Shown one piece after another: positions 60,311-64,000 of a stretch of 64,000 nucleotides of DNA. The stretch lies in contig CAWAHW010000002.1 of NCBI GenBank assembly GCA_963781885.1, positions 1,120,001 to 1,184,000 on the forward strand. Reading direction: 5' to 3'. Both the position numbers and the translations under genes were made by a program. The first letter of the stretch is position 1, and the number at the start of each line of letters is the position of its first letter. The notes beneath the pieces were generated by a model. That model was not told the origin of the DNA and did no database searches. It saw nothing but the letters and a program-made list of their open reading frames with translations. This stretch comes from an uncultured Spirochaetota bacterium (lineage in GTDB: Bacteria; Spirochaetota; Spirochaetia; SZUA-6; Fen-1364).

Positions 60311-62098
60311 ATGAGCAATCCCACACTTACTCGCGCCCTGCTGTCTGGCAACGAGGCTATCGCCCGCGGTGCCTGGGAGGCAGGCGTCACCATTGCCACC
60401 GGCTATCCTGGTACTCCCTCCACCGAGATCCTGGAAGCGGCGCGCGCGTACAAGGCGGACATCTACTGCGAGTGGTCGCCGAACGAGAAGGTCGCGCTGG
60501 AAGTGGCGGCAGGCGCCTCCCTTGCGGGTGCGCGCGCCATCGTCACGATGAAACACGTCGGTCTCAACGTTGCCGCCGATCCCTTGATGACGCTTTCCTA
60601 CATCGGGACGGTGGGCGGGCTCGCCCTGTGCGTGGCGGATGACCCCGGCATGCATTCCTCCCAGAACGAGCAGGACACGCGGCACTATGCCCGGTTTGCA
60701 AAGATCCCCATCCTCGAGCCCTCCGATTCGCAGGAGGCCAAGGACTTCCTTGCCCTTGCCCTTTCTCTGTCCGAGGAGCATGCCACACCCGTGCTGCTGC
60801 GTTCCACGACGCGTGTGAGCCATTCCAGCAGCGTCGTGACCCTCGGTGCGCGCACGGCACCCGCCGCGAGCCCCGGCTTCCAGAAGAATCCGCAGCGTTT
60901 CGTTCCCATACCGCTCTATGCCCGGCCCATGCGCGTGCGGGTGGAGGATCGCACGCGCGCGCTGGCAGCAGCGGCATCCACGTCGGTGGCAAACAGGATC
61001 GAGTGGGGAGACCGGGCCCTCGGGGTCATCGCGGAAGGCATCGCGTACCAGTACGTCCGCGAGCTCCTGCCCGACGCATCGATACTCAAGATCGGCTGGG
61101 TCTGGCCCTTCCCGGACGAGCTCCTGCGCGAGTTTGCCGCGGGGGTGAGGCGCCTCCTGGTGGTCGAGGAGCTGGACGACATCCTGGAAGAGCACGTGCG
61201 ATCACTGGGCATCAGATGCGAAGGCCGCGCCACGGTGCCGGGAATCGGTGAGCTCTCCGCCGATCGCCTGGCGCCTATCCTGACGGATGCCGCGCCGCGC
61301 GCGCCCATGGTGGCGGGTGCCGACCTTCCCGCGCGGCCTCCCGTGCTCTGTCCCGCCTGCCCGCACCGCGGGATATTTTTCGCGCTGGGCAAATTCGATG
61401 TCACCGTGACCGGCGATATCGGCTGCTATTCCCTGGGTGTCTTTCCGCCCCTGAAGCGCATCGACACAATCCTCTGCATGGGCGCGGGCATCTCCATGGC
61501 GCACGGCATGCAGAAGGCGGGCGCGGCACTTCCCGCCGGGGATACCGCGCCGCGAAAGGTTGTCGGCATCGTCGGGGACTCCACGTTCTTCCATTCAGGC
61601 ATCACCGGGCTGCTCGACATCGCCTACAACAAGGGCGCCTCCACGATCATCGTGGTGGACAACCGCACCACCGCCATGACCGGCCACCAGGAGCACCCGG
61701 GAACCGGGCGCACGATCCTGGGCGAAGAGACCATCAGCGCGAGCGTGGAAGAGTTCGGACGGGCCTGCGGCATGAAGAATATCGCCACGGTGGATCCCTA
61801 CGATCTGAAGGCGACCGTGGAGACTTTGCGCACGGCCATCGAGTCCGACGAGCCGTGGCTGGTCGTGTCACGGTCTGTCTGTCCCCTGGCGGCGAAGAAG
61901 AACGTGGGGCCTGCCCGACGCGTGAACCAGGAGCTGTGCAGGAAGTGCAAGGCATGCCTCAGGCTGGGCTGTCCCGCCATCGAATATGCCAACGACGAGA
62001 TCCACGTGAACGAGATGCTCTGCGGGGGCTGCGCGCTCTGCGAAAAGGTCTGCAAGGACAACGCCTTCGAGGTCGCGGTGGGGGAATGCCATGAGTAG
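60311..62098 (+). CDS. iorA: indolepyruvate:ferredoxin oxidoreductase alpha subunit
   Basis: GNEAIARG, YPGTPSTE, MKHVGLNVAAD, GDIGCY, GDSTFFHSG motifs and a C-terminal ferredoxin domain. Confidence 0.95.
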   Translation: MSNPTLTRALLSGNEAIARGAWEAGVTIATGYPGTPSTEILEAARAYKADIYCEWSPNEKVALEVAAGASLAGARAIVTMKHVGLNVAADPLMTLSYIGTVGGLALCVADDPGMHSSQNEQDTRHYARFAKIPILEPSDSQEAKDFLALALSLSEEHATPVLLRSTTRVSHSSSVVTLGARTAPAASPGFQKNPQRFVPIPLYARPMRVRVEDRTRALAAAASTSVANRIEWGDRALGVIAEGIAYQYVRELLPDASILKIGWVWPFPDELLREFAAGVRRLLVVEELDDILEEHVRSLGIRCEGRATVPGIGELSADRLAPILTDAAPRAPMVAGADLPARPPVLCPACPHRGIFFALGKFDVTVTGDIGCYSLGVFPPLKRIDTILCMGAGISMAHGMQKAGAALPAGDTAPRKVVGIVGDSTFFHSGITGLLDIAYNKGASTIIVVDNRTTAMTGHQEHPGTGRTILGEETISASVEEFGRACGMKNIATVDPYDLKATVETLRTAIESDEPWLVVSRSVCPLAAKKNVGPARRVNQELCRKCKACLRLGCPAIEYANDEIHVNEMLCGGCALCEKVCKDNAFEVAVGECHE

Positions 62099-62678
62099 GA
62101 CGACCAGCATCGTGATGGTGGGCGTCGGCGGGCAGGGCATCCTCCTGGCGACCCAGATCATCGCGCGCGCGGCGCTCGCCGCCGGGCACGACGTGAAGAC
62201 GAACGAGGTGCACGGCATGGCGCAGCGCGGCGGCTCCGTCCTGGCCCAGATACGCTTCGGGGAGAAGGTCTACAGCCCGCTCGTGCCGGAAGGGACCGCC
62301 GCGGTGCTGGGCTCCCTGGAGCGCATCGAGGCGCTGCGGATGAGGGATTATCTTGCGGCGGGCGGGCTCGCCGTCGTTTCGCAGCAGGCGATCATCCCCG
62401 TCACCGTCTCCTCGGGCCAGGCGACGTATCCCGCCGACGCAGAGCAGAGGCTGCGCGCCGCCTTCCCGCGCCTGGCCTACATCGACGCGATTTCGGCGGC
62501 CGAAAGGCTGTGCGAGCCGCGGGTGGCAAATGTCATCCTGCTGGGCGCCATGTCCACGGCGCTGCCGATTTCGCCGGCGTGCTGGGCAGAGGCCATCTCC
62601 CAATGCGTGAAGCCCGCCTACCGCGATATCAATATGCGCGCGTTCGAGGAGGGCAGGCTGCTCGCCGTGGCCGTCTGA
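62091..62678 (+). CDS. iorB: indolepyruvate:ferredoxin oxidoreductase beta subunit
   Basis: GVGGQG and EVHGMAQRGGSV motifs. Confidence 0.95.
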   Translation: MSRTTSIVMVGVGGQGILLATQIIARAALAAGHDVKTNEVHGMAQRGGSVLAQIRFGEKVYSPLVPEGTAAVLGSLERIEALRMRDYLAAGGLAVVSQQAIIPVTVSSGQATYPADAEQRLRAAFPRLAYIDAISAAERLCEPRVANVILLGAMSTALPISPACWAEAISQCVKPAYRDINMRAFEEGRLLAVAV

Positions 62679-62736
62679 AGACTCCTGACTGTCCTCGCCG
62701 GACGGGGTATACTTAAGAGGGGCGGAAGGAGACACC

Positions 62737-63894
62737 GTGAGCGCACAGTCGGTCCTGATTGTCGACGATGAACCCAAGATCCTCGAAGCCATCGACCGGG
62801 AGCTCTTCTTCTGGAAGACGCAGAAGGATATCACGCTCTACACGGCGCTTTCGGCCCGGAGCGCGCTGGACATACTCGCCACGAACCACGACTCCATCCA
62901 CGTCATGGTGAGCGACCTGAAGATGAGCAGCATGGGCGGCGACGAGCTGATCTGCGAAACGAAGCGGCTCTATCCCGACATCCGTTCGATCCTCATCACG
63001 GGGTACTCGGAGGCGGCGGGCATCTCCCGCGCGGTATCGGCGGGAATCACGGCATTCATCCAGAAGCCGTGGGAAACCGACGGCCTGATCGCCGAGATCG
63101 AAAAGGCCATGGCGCAGCACGACGCGGACCTTGTCAACCGCGACTATCTTGCGCGCCTGGTGGCGCAGATGGAGCGCACCGGCCAGATCCAGAAGCGTCT
63201 CTTCGAGCACGACAGTTTTCCCAGCGCGAATTTCAACGTCGAGGTCGCCTACCAGCCCCTGACCGAGTTCTTCTGCGGAGGAGATTTCTACCAGGTCATC
63301 CCGCTTTCCGACGACAAGTGCATCATCATCATCGGCGACGTCTCGGGGCACGGCCTGGAGGCGGCATTCGTCACGGGCATCGTCCACACCCTCATCGCCC
63401 GCGAGGAGCTGGAGAACGCGGGGAGCGCGGATTTTTCCCCCAGCGCGTTCCTCGCGCGGCTGAACAGGCTGATCCTGAAGGACCTGGCACAAGCACCCGA
63501 GTTCATCATCACCCTGACGGCGGCCTTCCTGGACTGCGCGGCGCATCGACTGGTCTTCAGCAATGCCGGCAACCTTCCCCTCTATCTCCTGCGGCCGGAG
63601 TCGTGCTCCACCCACGCGGTGCCGGGCTTCCCCTGCGGCTTCACGGCGGATGCGCAGTTCACGGAGCTCTCCATCCCCGTACGGGAGGGAGACAAGATCG
63701 TGCTCATGACCGACGGGCTCGTTGAAAGGGGGAGGATCGCCGGCTACGTGAACTTCGACTCCGTGCAATCCCTCATGATGCATTTCTGCGGCGATCCCGG
63801 TTTCAACCGCAAGATCATCAAGCTCATCCTGGAGATGTTCCCCGAGGGTAAGTTCTACGACGATGCAACCCTCGTGAGCATCGATATCCTCTGA
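62737..63894 (+). CDS. response regulator receiver fused to a PP2C/SpoIIE phosphatase (RsbU-like)
   Basis: IVDDE, SDLKM and KPW receiver motifs; GGDFY, GDVSGHG, NAGN, TDGL and DDAT phosphatase motifs. Confidence 0.9.
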   Translation: MSAQSVLIVDDEPKILEAIDRELFFWKTQKDITLYTALSARSALDILATNHDSIHVMVSDLKMSSMGGDELICETKRLYPDIRSILITGYSEAAGISRAVSAGITAFIQKPWETDGLIAEIEKAMAQHDADLVNRDYLARLVAQMERTGQIQKRLFEHDSFPSANFNVEVAYQPLTEFFCGGDFYQVIPLSDDKCIIIIGDVSGHGLEAAFVTGIVHTLIAREELENAGSADFSPSAFLARLNRLILKDLAQAPEFIITLTAAFLDCAAHRLVFSNAGNLPLYLLRPESCSTHAVPGFPCGFTADAQFTELSIPVREGDKIVLMTDGLVERGRIAGYVNFDSVQSLMMHFCGDPGFNRKIIKLILEMFPEGKFYDDATLVSIDIL

Positions 63895-64000
63895 AGGCCT
63901 GCCTCCCGAATCTTCCTGCTCACGCCTGACTTGAACCCGAATGCCTTGCAAACCGGGGCAATGAGCGTGTCATCACGAGCGGCGAAAAAGATCGCGGAAA

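Noticed and set aside
1-64000. Many long overlapping or antisense ORFs in the track (e.g. 2642-4705, 45441-47639, 62713-63951)
   Set aside because: Shadow frames of high-GC coding DNA; Arg/Pro/Ala-rich with no recognisable motifs

Overview
High-GC bacterial chromosome segment, most likely Spirochaetota. This is inferred from the acpS-DUF2225-truA-UDG-priA-def-fmt-PASTA gene order and spirochaete-type outer-membrane proteins. (1) 1-7284: housekeeping genes ending in tRNA-Gly(CCC). (2) ~7290-38470: a visibly lower-GC accessory region with eight IS elements of five families, several nested (2x IS200, ISKra4-like, IS1182, 2x IS1380, 2x IS66). It also holds a decayed, tandem-duplicated MntA/HepT toxin-antitoxin locus that the ORF track misses, a Rieske oxygenase, and a lipoprotein of 14 WD40 repeats plus a caspase-like domain split by IS1380. 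Further along are a RelBE pair, an MCP::kinase/receiver chimera and a LacI/ABC/GH130 beta-mannoside cluster. A 25.85-kb part (11869-37720) is bracketed by ~754-bp, ~99% identical direct repeats and begins exactly at an ISKra4-like terminal repeat. (3) 38474-64000: panB, an aminotransferase, a Liv-type ABC transporter, a cyclase-family gene, an uncharacterised ABC + LolA-like + beta-barrel operon, two ATP-grasp ligases, OMPs, iorAB and a REC-PP2C regulator. Several otherwise intact genes, including priA, carry single-base frameshifts, which suggests residual long-read assembly errors, so indel-based pseudogene calls are uncertain. I saw no CRISPR array, rRNA, integrase or reverse transcriptase. 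All family assignments come from motif recognition by eye, not database searches.
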